Assembly (NCBI GenBank): GCA_029064505.1
Contig: JAIEKC010000635.1
Location: 1-43,323 of the forward strand
Reading direction: 5' to 3'
Source of the DNA: Acetatifactor sp.
Lineage (GTDB): Bacteria > Bacillota > Clostridia > Lachnospirales > Lachnospiraceae
DNA length: 43,323 nucleotides
In this document: one piece after another, positions 8,397-17,241 of the stretch
How positions within the stretch are numbered: the first letter of the stretch is position 1
How the letters are laid out: every line of letters starts with the position of its first letter
Made by a program: the position numbers and the translations under genes
The notes under the pieces: model-generated
Databases searched by the model: none
The model's input: only the letters and a program-made list of their open reading frames with translations
What the model was told of the DNA's origin: nothing

Positions 8397-9767
8397 ATGG
8401 GAATATTTCCGGATTTACTCAAGCCCAAAAAGGATAACAGGATCGTCCCTGTTTTTTGCCAATACCGCTCTCTATGGATTGATTTTCCCCATACAAAGGA
8501 AGTGCCGGCGGGGATTTATCCGGTGAAAATTGTAATTTCATCCGGTGAGGAAACCGTAACTTTGGGCTTTTTGCTGGAGGTGCTGGCAAAACAACTCCCG
8601 CCTCAGAAACTGATCCATACGCAATGGTTTCACGCAGACTGTCTGGCAGACTTTTACCTCACAGAGGTATTCAGTGATTTTCATTGGACGGTGATCGAAA
8701 AGCAGATAAAGCTTGCCGGTGTGTTGGGCATCAATATGCTTTTGACCCCTGTATTTACACCTCCTTTGGATACGGAGGTAGGAGGAGAGCGCACTACAGT
8801 TCAATTGGTGGATGTTGTACTACAGGACGGCAAATGGGACTTCGTGTTTGAAAAGTTAGAAAAATGGTGTGGAATCTGTCAGAAGTATGGGATTGAATAC
8901 CTTGAAGTTCCGCATCTTTTTACCCAATGGGGAGCATATGCCACGCCCAAGATTCTTGTGGAAAAAAATGGAAAGACGAATAAAATGTTTGGTTGGCATG
9001 TAAAAGCGGACGATCCTTCCTACCGCAGCTTTTTGCAGGCATTTTTACCGGCTTTGCAGGAAAAGCTTCTTTCTCTTGGTTATACAAAGGACAAGATTTA
9101 CTTCCATATTTCCGACGAGCCTTCGAAGGAACATTGGGAGAGCTATCAGACAGCTAAGGCTCAGGTTACGGATTTGCTTAAGGGCTGGACGGTGATCGAT
9201 GCCTTAAGTGACTATGTCTTTTATGAAAAAGGACTGGTGGAAAAACCGATTCCCGCCAACAATCATATTCAGCCATTTGCCGATCATCATGTGGCTGATT
9301 TATGGACCTACTATTGCTGCAGCCAGTATTATGACGTTCCCAACAGATTCTTTGCCATGCCCAGTGCCAGAAACCGGATTATGGGTGTCTTAATGTATCT
9401 GTACAATATTAAGGGTTTTTTGCATTGGGGATTTAACTTTTATAATTCCAAGCTCTCTAAAGAGCACATTGACCCGTTTCTTGACACCCATGCAAGTTAT
9501 GGTTTCCCGTCCGGAGATCCCTTCCTGGTGTATCCCGGAACAGAGGAAGAAGCCTGGTCTTCGATCAGAGGAGAGGTACAGCTGGAGGGACTTTATGACT
9601 TAAGAGCCCTGGAAGCCCTGGAAGCGTTGGCAGGCAGGGAAGCTGTGGAGGAATTGATCTATGAAGGGCAAAGCAGACCTTTTACTTTCACCAGCCACCC
9701 TAAGAAAGCCTCCTATCTGTATGAACTGCGAGGGAAGATCGGTGGGAAGATGAAGGAACTCTCATAA
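8397..9767 (+). CDS. DUF4091 / GH123-like glycoside hydrolase, apparently 5'-truncated (possible pseudogene)
   Basis: TQWFHADCLA, PPLDTEVGGER, HLFTQWGA, HISDEP, WTYYCC, GFLHWGFNF, FPSGDPFLVYPG; no good RBS; in-frame stop at 8361-8363. Confidence 0.75.
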   Translation: MGIFPDLLKPKKDNRIVPVFCQYRSLWIDFPHTKEVPAGIYPVKIVISSGEETVTLGFLLEVLAKQLPPQKLIHTQWFHADCLADFYLTEVFSDFHWTVIEKQIKLAGVLGINMLLTPVFTPPLDTEVGGERTTVQLVDVVLQDGKWDFVFEKLEKWCGICQKYGIEYLEVPHLFTQWGAYATPKILVEKNGKTNKMFGWHVKADDPSYRSFLQAFLPALQEKLLSLGYTKDKIYFHISDEPSKEHWESYQTAKAQVTDLLKGWTVIDALSDYVFYEKGLVEKPIPANNHIQPFADHHVADLWTYYCCSQYYDVPNRFFAMPSARNRIMGVLMYLYNIKGFLHWGFNFYNSKLSKEHIDPFLDTHASYGFPSGDPFLVYPGTEEEAWSSIRGEVQLEGLYDLRALEALEALAGREAVEELIYEGQSRPFTFTSHPKKASYLYELRGKIGGKMKELS

Positions 9768-9891
9768 AAGTCCTGATCCTCCAACTGACCGGATGCTCCA
9801 CATAGGTATCCAATGGAAATAAGGTAAGAACTATAACCGGCAGTTCCGACACTCCGTATCCGTTACAGCACACAACAATCGCATCTTTTCT

Positions 9892-10192
9892 GATTACAGC
9901 CCGGCACATCTCCCCACAGATAAGGATGAGCAGACCAGGGAATATATCCGGATGCGGGATGACCATAAACTTGCGCTCAAGAAGGTAAAGCGGCCGATCA
10001 GTACGTTCAGCCCGCGGCATGATTATCGTTATGATACCACGGCAAGCCACTGGACACAGGCTCATCCGAAATGGCTCAGGTCTGGAACCGGAAGGCTTTT
10101 ACCGGGAAATCCTTTCGGAGCATCCGGCAACCTATGACAGGCTGCCCGACACACCGAAACGTCTGGAAAGGCGTAATGAGGAGCCGGCAGCC
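9892..10192 (+). pseudogene. Decayed internal fragment of an IS110-family transposase
   Basis: Frame 1 DYSPAHLPTDKDEQTREYIRMRDDHKLALKKVKR...HWTQAHPKWLRS, then a frameshift near 10081 to LEPEGFYREILSEH...RLERRNEE; resembles the helical linker of clostridial IS110 transposases from recall; neither terminal domain is present. Confidence 0.7.
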
Positions 10193-10214
10193 ACTTTCAT
10201 TTACAGAAAACATC

Positions 10215-11177
10215 CTACAGGTTCACCACATTCCTGTCCTCACCCCGCAGAAACGCCTGAATATTCAAATATGCGCCCTTCACACATCTGGTGCGGGCCT
10301 CCACGCTTGCCCATGCCAGATGCGGCGTGATGATCAGTCGGTTACTGTCTTTTAACCGGCTCAGGGGATTGGAAGGCTCCAATGGCTCCTTCTCCACCAC
10401 ATCCAGGCCCGCCGCCTGTATCTCTCCCGCTTCCAGCGCTTCATAAAGGTCGCTGTTATTTACTACCTGCCCTCTCGCCACATTGATCAATATTGCCGTG
10501 TTTTTCATTTTTTTCAAGGCTTCCGCATCAATATAATTGCGGGACAAGTCACTCAAAGGACAGTGCAGAGACAGATAATCACACTCCCTCAGCAGTGTAT
10601 CCCTGTCCACCTGCGGATAATCCGTACAAGTACTACGCCCTGTAATGGAATGAAAGATTACCTTACATCCGAAGGCTTCCGCAATTCTGGCCACACGCCT
10701 GCCGATATTCCCCATTCCGACAATGCCCCAGGTCTTCCCCTCCAGCTCATAGAAAGGCATGTCAAAATTGGAAAACCGATCCTGTGCACTATATTCACCG
10801 GACTTCACATAATCATCATAGTGGCTCAGCTTCTGACTCAGGGCAAGCGCCAGAGTAAATGTGTGCTGTGCCACCATGGCGGTGGAATAATCCACCACAT
10901 TCGTGACCCTGATCCCTCTGGATCTGCAATAGGCAAGGTCACAGTTATCGTACCCCGTAGCAAACTCGCAAATCAGTCTCACATTGGGAGCGTCCTTCAA
11001 TGTCTCTTCATTCATGGGCGATTTGTTGGCAATGATAATTTCCGCATCCCTGACACGCTCCCTTACCTCCTCCACCGTCACGGTATTCCGGTAGACTGTC
11101 ACTTCCCCGAAATCACGGATGCTGTCCACCGACACATCGGTTCCCACACTGTTTCGCTCCAGAATCACAATCTTCAT
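10215..11177 (-). CDS. D-isomer specific 2-hydroxyacid (glycerate-type) dehydrogenase
   Basis: ATGYDN, GIVGMGNIG, SLHCPL, INVARG, AGLDV..EP, TPHLAW. Confidence 0.93.
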   Translation of the reverse strand: MKIVILERNSVGTDVSVDSIRDFGEVTVYRNTVTVEEVRERVRDAEIIIANKSPMNEETLKDAPNVRLICEFATGYDNCDLAYCRSRGIRVTNVVDYSTAMVAQHTFTLALALSQKLSHYDDYVKSGEYSAQDRFSNFDMPFYELEGKTWGIVGMGNIGRRVARIAEAFGCKVIFHSITGRSTCTDYPQVDRDTLLRECDYLSLHCPLSDLSRNYIDAEALKKMKNTAILINVARGQVVNNSDLYEALEAGEIQAAGLDVVEKEPLEPSNPLSRLKDSNRLIITPHLAWASVEARTRCVKGAYLNIQAFLRGEDRNVVNL

Positions 11178-11432
11178 AGCCTGTACCTCTCTTATCCCAC
11201 TCCTGCAGATATCCCGCCCGGATCTCCTTTTCGGGGATATCCTGTGCAGTCATGCTGTTACTTCCTCTACAGTGTACTATAAAAGGAACAAAAATGAAAT
11301 CATAAAACCCGAGACGATAAAAAACCACCCCGCTCAACTGTTCAAAGTGCAGAGATGGTTTTTAAGAATAGAATCGTCCGCCCGGATAGTGTAGGGACAT
11401 ATACCATAATAATTCAGGCTTTTTACCGGCTT

Positions 11433-12254
11433 TCAATTGGTCAGAAATTCCTTCAGCAGTGCCTCCAGCTCCTCCTCCGTCACCGCCGCCGAATCCTGCA
11501 GTGAGGTATCCGGCTCCATTATATCTTCCACAGGTTCATTCAGGCCGCTTTCCATCTCGATATTTCTTGCCTCGTCCAGGGTAAGCCTGTCCACAGGCTG
11601 CCGGATCCCGATGGGCATCAGTTCCACGGTTCTCCGCCCCCGTCTTCCGCGGCTTATGTCCCCTGCCGACACTCTTCCGGATATCACCCTGCCCTCTGTT
11701 CCCGTGTCGCCATAGAGCATTTCCATGTCCTGCCTGGTAATGTCAATCCTGGGAGAGAGATGATTCTCCAGATAATCCACCAGATTCACCCTCAAAATTC
11801 TTTTTTTCTTTTTCAGATCCACCACTGTAGAGATGGAAAAATACAAATACAGTCCAAAGAAACTGACTATGTAAAAAGGAAGAATATCTCCCAATGTCCT
11901 TCCTGCCATGATGCTCCGGCAGATACCCACTCCCGCTGACACTACGGACAGCAGCATGGCCTGTCCTGAAAGGTGATACAGCGTTTCAAAGGTGAAGGGC
12001 CCCCACTTCATCCGATTCAGGAACTTGTCCACGAACACCGGAATATTAGCCACACCATTACTCAACTGATAGCAGTTGGCAAATTTTAATTTGCACTGCT
12101 TCAGCATTTTATTATCCGTGATAGCCATATTATCCGATTCTTTTATCATATTCTGGTACAAAATACCCAATGTAATCCTCAGAAATATACTGGCTGCCAA
12201 TAAAATAAACATACAGGTTGTTACAATTTTCTCATCCTGAAATACACGAAACAT
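11433..12254 (-). CDS. Conserved hypothetical membrane protein (3 TM, acidic C-terminal tail)
   Basis: 273-aa ORF with RBS-like AAGGGT; three hydrophobic segments; ends EEELEALLKEFLTN. Confidence 0.75.
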   Translation of the reverse strand: MFRVFQDEKIVTTCMFILLAASIFLRITLGILYQNMIKESDNMAITDNKMLKQCKLKFANCYQLSNGVANIPVFVDKFLNRMKWGPFTFETLYHLSGQAMLLSVVSAGVGICRSIMAGRTLGDILPFYIVSFFGLYLYFSISTVVDLKKKKRILRVNLVDYLENHLSPRIDITRQDMEMLYGDTGTEGRVISGRVSAGDISRGRRGRRTVELMPIGIRQPVDRLTLDEARNIEMESGLNEPVEDIMEPDTSLQDSAAVTEEELEALLKEFLTN

Positions 12255-12300
12255 GACGCACCCCTTTTTCTTTTTTTCTAATATTGTTCGAAAAGCAATA

Positions 12301-12333
12301 AAAATCGACCCGCTATTTGCGGAGTCGACTTTT
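12301..12333 (-). terminator. Intrinsic terminator after GH43 gene
   Basis: Minus strand AAAAGTCGACTCCGC-AAATA-GCGGGTCGATTTT followed by T-rich sequence. Confidence 0.7.
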
Positions 12334-12396
12334 GTATGGTTTTATTATAAAACAATTATTCCTGTTTTCACAGATTTTTTCATCGTCTTTTTTTTC

Positions 12397-13941
12397 TTAT
12401 TTCAGACCAAAATATTCAAAATCCGCCTCCCGGTGCAATCCTGTCATATCGTGGCAGTACATGCCGAAATGAGCTCCGGTAAATCCCCGGCAGTACTCAT
12501 CCGTCAGGATCTGTGTCGTCTGTGCTGCTCCTGCCTGCTGCCAATCCGCCCCATTCAGACTGTAAAAAAAGGCAAAACTCATGCCGTCTTCCGCTGTCTT
12601 CGCCCGAAGCCATATGCTTTCCCCCTGAGGAACCGGAACAGGCTCCATCTCATCCGTTATGGCGCCTTTGTCGCTTTTTATCAAAACCAGCGCCGTCTGT
12701 CCGTCCTCCGTTACTGTTTTTCCCAGAATATAAAAATGCAGAGCGTCATACAGATAGGCCAGTCCCGCCATCTGCTCCGGGTATTCCGGTACGAAGTACA
12801 TCTGCGTCTCTGCCATGCAGGATATCTTCTGCTGCCTCACCCCCAGCAGAGAGACTCTGTGCAATGAATTGAGCGATTCCTGACCGGTCAGCCTGACACA
12901 GCCTTTTCTCGCCGTGCAGTTCGCAAAGGTATTGTAGTCTATCCTGGGGGAACTGTAGCGGACATGTAATTCCGACTCTTCAAAATCATCATAAAAGCCC
13001 TCCTCCCCATCCTCCGGACATGCCTGCTCCATACCTGCGGGCGCTTCCGTCTCATTGTCGGCAAACCGGCCCCCTCTCTGTAATCTGAGCCACCCTTCCC
13101 GGTCCCAGATCATTTTCTGGATTGCCGTCTCCCTGCCCAGAGTACACCATCTCTCCCCTTTCAGAGGTCTGGAACAGAGATGCACCATATACCATTCCCC
13201 ATTCTGCGTCTCCACAATATCAGCATGGCCGCACTTCTGCAGCGAGCTCATATCCTCCCTGTCAGAAGTCAGTATGGGATTCTCCGGCGCCGTCTCAAAA
13301 GGCCCCCAGACCGTTTTCGCCCGCGCCATGGTAACACAATGATTATAACCGGTGCCTCCTTCCGCCGCGATCAGGTAGTACCAGTCTCCAATATGGTACA
13401 TGTGTGGGCCCTCTGTACACCCGATACCCGAACCCGCGTATACTTTCTGCTGCCTGCCGGTCAAATGATATTCGGAATCCAGCTCCTGCACCAAAATTCC
13501 CTTAAAGCCGTTCACCATATTGACCAGATACTTCCTCCCGTCCGTATCATGAAAAAGCGAAGGGTCAAAGCCGATGCTGTTCAGATAGACCGGCTCTGAC
13601 CAGTCTCCGTAAATATCATCTGTATGGACCAGATAATTATGGGTATTGTAATATCTTCCCTTCTTGGTCTTTACGTCTGTATAGATCAGGAAAAATCTCT
13701 TTCCGTCATGACTCAGACAGGGAGCCCACACCCCTCCGGACGGGGGATCTCCCACAAGGTTCAACTGGCTTTCCCGCCGCAGAGGGGAAGGAATCTGTTC
13801 CCAGTGCTGCAGGTCTCCGGAATGAAATAATCTCACGCCGGGCCACCACTCAAAGGTGGAGGTTGCAATATAATAATCCCGCCCCACTCTGATAATGCTG
13901 GGATCGGGACAAAAACCCTTTAAGATAGGATTGTGTATCAT
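12397..13941 (-). CDS. Glycoside hydrolase family 43 beta-xylosidase/arabinofuranosidase (XynB-like)
   Basis: NPILKGFCPDPS, TSTFEWWPG, GVWAP, GFDPSLF, TEGPH, AEGGT, CGHAD, LGRET, GFTGA; ATG 6 nt after GGAGG. Confidence 0.94.
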   Translation of the reverse strand: MIHNPILKGFCPDPSIIRVGRDYYIATSTFEWWPGVRLFHSGDLQHWEQIPSPLRRESQLNLVGDPPSGGVWAPCLSHDGKRFFLIYTDVKTKKGRYYNTHNYLVHTDDIYGDWSEPVYLNSIGFDPSLFHDTDGRKYLVNMVNGFKGILVQELDSEYHLTGRQQKVYAGSGIGCTEGPHMYHIGDWYYLIAAEGGTGYNHCVTMARAKTVWGPFETAPENPILTSDREDMSSLQKCGHADIVETQNGEWYMVHLCSRPLKGERWCTLGRETAIQKMIWDREGWLRLQRGGRFADNETEAPAGMEQACPEDGEEGFYDDFEESELHVRYSSPRIDYNTFANCTARKGCVRLTGQESLNSLHRVSLLGVRQQKISCMAETQMYFVPEYPEQMAGLAYLYDALHFYILGKTVTEDGQTALVLIKSDKGAITDEMEPVPVPQGESIWLRAKTAEDGMSFAFFYSLNGADWQQAGAAQTTQILTDEYCRGFTGAHFGMYCHDMTGLHREADFEYFGLK

Positions 13942-14250
13942 GATCATCCTCCATTCCGTCTCTGAATTTCAATACCAAATTTCAATACCGAGACTCTTTT
14001 GATAAAATTGTCGTCCCCTTCATGATATACTTATTTTTAAATATACACAAGAGTACAGACTCCAACTGCGAATGTGTTGGAACAAAAGGAAATATGATTA
14101 ATAAAACCCTGAAAAGCCCTGATGACGAAACATTGTAAAAGATTGCATAATTTGTAAAAATCTGTTACAGTATACATGGCGGCAGTTGCCGTCCCGCTAC
14201 GAATATATAAGAATGAAACTGTTACAATATCTAAGTAAGGAGATGATATC

Positions 14251-14487
14251 ATGACATATAAGACAGAAGGAACCTGTTCACAGCTCATAGAGATCGAATT
14301 GAAGGATGGTGTCATAGATTCCGTGAAGTTCACCGGAGGATGCAATGGTAACCTGCAGGGCGTCAGCGCCCTGGTAAAAGGCATGAAACCGGAGGAAGTG
14401 ATCGCCAGATGCAAGGGGATCCGCTGCGGTTTTAAGCCCACCTCCTGCCCTGACCAGCTCGCCCGGGCACTGGAAAGTATGATCTGA
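14251..14487 (+). CDS. TIGR03905 family TSCPD-domain protein (4 Cys)
   Basis: GTCS, FTGGCNGN, GIRCG, TSCPDQLA; RBS AAGGAG. Confidence 0.93.
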   Translation: MTYKTEGTCSQLIEIELKDGVIDSVKFTGGCNGNLQGVSALVKGMKPEEVIARCKGIRCGFKPTSCPDQLARALESMI

Positions 14488-14505
14488 AATTTTTATAACG
14501 GAATT

Positions 14506-14528
14506 ATGCTGCTGTAGGCGGCATTTTT
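14506..14528 (+). terminator. Possible terminator after TSCPD gene
   Basis: ATGCTGCT-GTA-GGCGGCAT followed by TTTT (several G-U pairs). Confidence 0.45.
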
Positions 14529-14588
14529 CATCAGGGCTTTAGTTCTTTAGGATTTTAAGATGCTGCGAACAGCATCATGGAGGCTAGA

Positions 14589-15659
14589 ATGAAGAAAATT
14601 GTCTTAACAGGCGGCGGCACGGCAGGTCACGTCACGCCCAATATTGCCCTGCTGCCCGCTCTGCAACAGGCCGGATACGAGATCACCTACATGGGCTCCT
14701 ATGACGGTATTGAAAAAAAGCTGATCTCAGATTTTGATATTCCCTATGTGGGCATTTCAACGGGAAAATTCCGCCGCTACCTGGATCTTCGGAATTTTAC
14801 CGATCCTTTCCGGGTCATCAAGGGCTTTTCCGAAGCCAGAAAATTCCTGAAAACCTATCAGCCTGACGTGGTCTTTTCCAAGGGGGGTTTTGTCAGCGTT
14901 CCCGTGGTGCGGGCCGCGGCTTCCCTGAATATTCCCTGTATCATCCACGAATCGGATATGACACCGGGACTTGCCAATAAGCTCTGTATCTCCGCCGCTG
15001 CAAAGATATGCTGCAATTTCCCGGAGACGCTGAAGCTTCTTCCCCGGGATAAGGCCGTCCTGACCGGCTCCCCCATCCGCGCGGAGCTTTCCCAGGGCAA
15101 CAAGCTCGCGGGACTGAATATGTGCGGTTTTACGGCTAACAAGCCCGTTATCATGGTGATCGGCGGAAGCCTGGGTGCCGCTAATGTAAATAAAGCGGTT
15201 CGGGACGCCTTGCCGAAATTATTGGAAGATTTCCAGATTGTACACCTCTGTGGTAAAGATAAGATGGATAATCTGCTGTTGACCACACCCGGTTACAAGC
15301 AGTTTGAGTATATCAAATCAGAACTGAAAGATCTGTTCGCCATGGCAGATATCGTGATCTCCCGGGCGGGAGCCAACGCCATCTGCGAACTGCTGGCCCT
15401 GAAGAAGCCTAATATCCTGATCCCCCTCCCCGCATCCAGCAGCAGGGGCGATCAGATTTTAAATGCCCAGTCCTTTGAAGCGCAGGGCTTTTCCATCGTG
15501 ATCAATGAGGATGACCTGCTCACCGACCTGCTGGTGGACAGGGTGCATGAGCTTTACTTTACCAGGCAGACTTACTTTGAGACTATGGGCAAAAGCAATC
15601 AGATGGATTCCATTAAGACGATCTTGGGATTACTGGATGGGGCTGTCCAGTCAAAATAA
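14589..15659 (+). CDS. murG: Undecaprenyldiphospho-muramoylpentapeptide beta-N-acetylglucosaminyltransferase
   Basis: TGGGTAGHV, FSKGGFVS, IHESD, GGSLGA, SRAGA, DQILNA; start at 14589 after GGAGG. Confidence 0.96.
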   Translation: MKKIVLTGGGTAGHVTPNIALLPALQQAGYEITYMGSYDGIEKKLISDFDIPYVGISTGKFRRYLDLRNFTDPFRVIKGFSEARKFLKTYQPDVVFSKGGFVSVPVVRAAASLNIPCIIHESDMTPGLANKLCISAAAKICCNFPETLKLLPRDKAVLTGSPIRAELSQGNKLAGLNMCGFTANKPVIMVIGGSLGAANVNKAVRDALPKLLEDFQIVHLCGKDKMDNLLLTTPGYKQFEYIKSELKDLFAMADIVISRAGANAICELLALKKPNILIPLPASSSRGDQILNAQSFEAQGFSIVINEDDLLTDLLVDRVHELYFTRQTYFETMGKSNQMDSIKTILGLLDGAVQSK

Positions 15660-15741
15660 GGAACTGTCCCGAAACCGCTTTCCTGATATGAAATCTGCTG
15701 CTGTCTGACCGGACTTGCCTGCACTGACAGAGTTCTCCTTA

Positions 15742-16305
15742 TCAGTGCAGGCTTTCGTCGTATATGGCCCTGATCCCGCCAATGAATCTGGGTCTGGTAC
15801 GGGCACAGACGACGCGGGCATCACCGATCTCCTTTGTGCGGATCCTGACCGGCACCGCCACATCTTTCAGATGCATGCCGATCAGCGTATCTCCGATATC
15901 CATTCCCGCATGAGCTCTGATATGCTCCACCGCCACAGGATGCTCCAAAGACTTATAAGCCGCCGTTGCAAAGGAGCCGCCGGCCTTGGGCTGAGGCACC
16001 ACATTAACGGTTTCATAACCGTACTTTTCCGCCGCGTCCCTTTCCATGATCAGTGCACGGTTTAAATGCTCACAGCACTGCGCCGCCAGAAAGACACCTG
16101 CCTCCTGTGCGGCCTGATAAATATTTCCGAAGACAGCCTCCGCCAGCTCAGGACTGGAGTAGCTGCCGATACTTGCACCGCTCACCTCACTGGTGGAACA
16201 GCCCACCACAAAGAGGCTCCCTTCCGACAGCTGCGCCGTCTCCAGAATCTCCTTCGCCGCTCTGTATGCCTCTTCCCCGATAATTGCCATATCCTCTGTC
16301 ATCAC
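15742..16305 (-). CDS. TIGR01440/DUF436 (YwlG-like) protein
   Basis: VGCSTSEV, QCCEHLNRAL, PKAGGS, DIGDTLIGMHL, RPRFIGG. Confidence 0.92.
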   Translation of the reverse strand: MMTEDMAIIGEEAYRAAKEILETAQLSEGSLFVVGCSTSEVSGASIGSYSSPELAEAVFGNIYQAAQEAGVFLAAQCCEHLNRALIMERDAAEKYGYETVNVVPQPKAGGSFATAAYKSLEHPVAVEHIRAHAGMDIGDTLIGMHLKDVAVPVRIRTKEIGDARVVCARTRPRFIGGIRAIYDESLH

Positions 16306-16353
16306 AACTGCACTCCCTATCTGTTTCCGTTGTCCGCTTTCATCGGATTCTTT

Positions 16354-17163
16354 CTATATTTCGCCAATAAACTTTGTCTCTCCGGGCTTTACCTCCAGAA
16401 ATCCTTCCTCTGTCTTCACCCAGACGCTGACTGCGGTGGGATTGTACATCGTCATGCCGTCTGCGGAAAATTCCTGCTGCCTGGTGGCATTGACATAAGT
16501 ATAAATTTCCATATTGGTGGCATACCAGATATCTTCTTTGCCTGCCATCTTCTCCACAAACGCTTCCATGACACTCCAGTCACCGGAACGGCCGAACTCA
16601 AAGCTGTGCCCCCACACATACATCACCGGCAGTTCGTAAAAGCCTGCCACATTCAGAAATCTGTCACCCAGTTCCTGCAATTGATTGTCGTGATGACAGG
16701 TGGGATGCCACTCCATGAAATCAGAAGGAGGAAAGAACCCACAGGTATCATTCACTGTTCTGGAATATTTTATTCCAAGGGATTTCGCGATCTGAATAAT
16801 CTCAGGATTGTAATTTCCGAAGGCATAAGACATTCCCTGCACCAGATTCCCTGTAATCTCCTCCAGACATCTGCGGTCCTCCTGAATCTCCAGCACTGCC
16901 TGCTGCCTGGTGACAGTAGGCAGATTACGGTGCTGTACTCCATGGCAGGCCACCTCATGTCCCGCATATACTTCCTTTATCTCCTCCGCGCTGACGAACA
17001 CCTCGTCACCCCTGTGCAGTCCCAGCTTTCCGGAGTTCAGATGAAAAGTTCCCTTCATGCCATGGCTGCGCAACAGCTCCGCCAGACGTCTGTCGAAATT
17101 CTGTCCGTCATCATAACTGAAAGTCAATGCCTTTCTGATCCCCTGTGGATATACAAATCTCAT
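16354..17163 (-). CDS. Polysaccharide deacetylase (CE4/NodB-like)
   Basis: TFSYDDG, HEVACHGVQH, SYAFG, YVWGHSFE; start MRFVYP after GAGGGAG. Confidence 0.9.
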   Translation of the reverse strand: MRFVYPQGIRKALTFSYDDGQNFDRRLAELLRSHGMKGTFHLNSGKLGLHRGDEVFVSAEEIKEVYAGHEVACHGVQHRNLPTVTRQQAVLEIQEDRRCLEEITGNLVQGMSYAFGNYNPEIIQIAKSLGIKYSRTVNDTCGFFPPSDFMEWHPTCHHDNQLQELGDRFLNVAGFYELPVMYVWGHSFEFGRSGDWSVMEAFVEKMAGKEDIWYATNMEIYTYVNATRQQEFSADGMTMYNPTAVSVWVKTEEGFLEVKPGETKFIGEI

Positions 17164-17241
17164 AAAATCTCCCTCTCCGTTCCTTTGCCGCAAGCGGCAA
17201 TTGGATCCACATCTGCCCGGCCCTTCCCGCCATTTACTCCA

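Larger units (their letters stand above)
14113..14540. repeat. Perfect 13-bp inverted repeat flanking the TSCPD gene
   Basis: AAAGCCCTGATGA at 14113-14125 and TCATCAGGGCTTT at 14528-14540. Confidence 0.6.

Noticed and set aside
13965-13989. CRISPR remnant (ATTGAAAT on the minus strand)
   Set aside because: Two adjacent 12-mers with no spacer and no cas genes
14119-14132. CTGATGA-C-GAAAC resembles a hammerhead ribozyme core
   Set aside because: Only 1 nt separates CTGATGA and GAAA, so stem II cannot form; no convincing stems I and III
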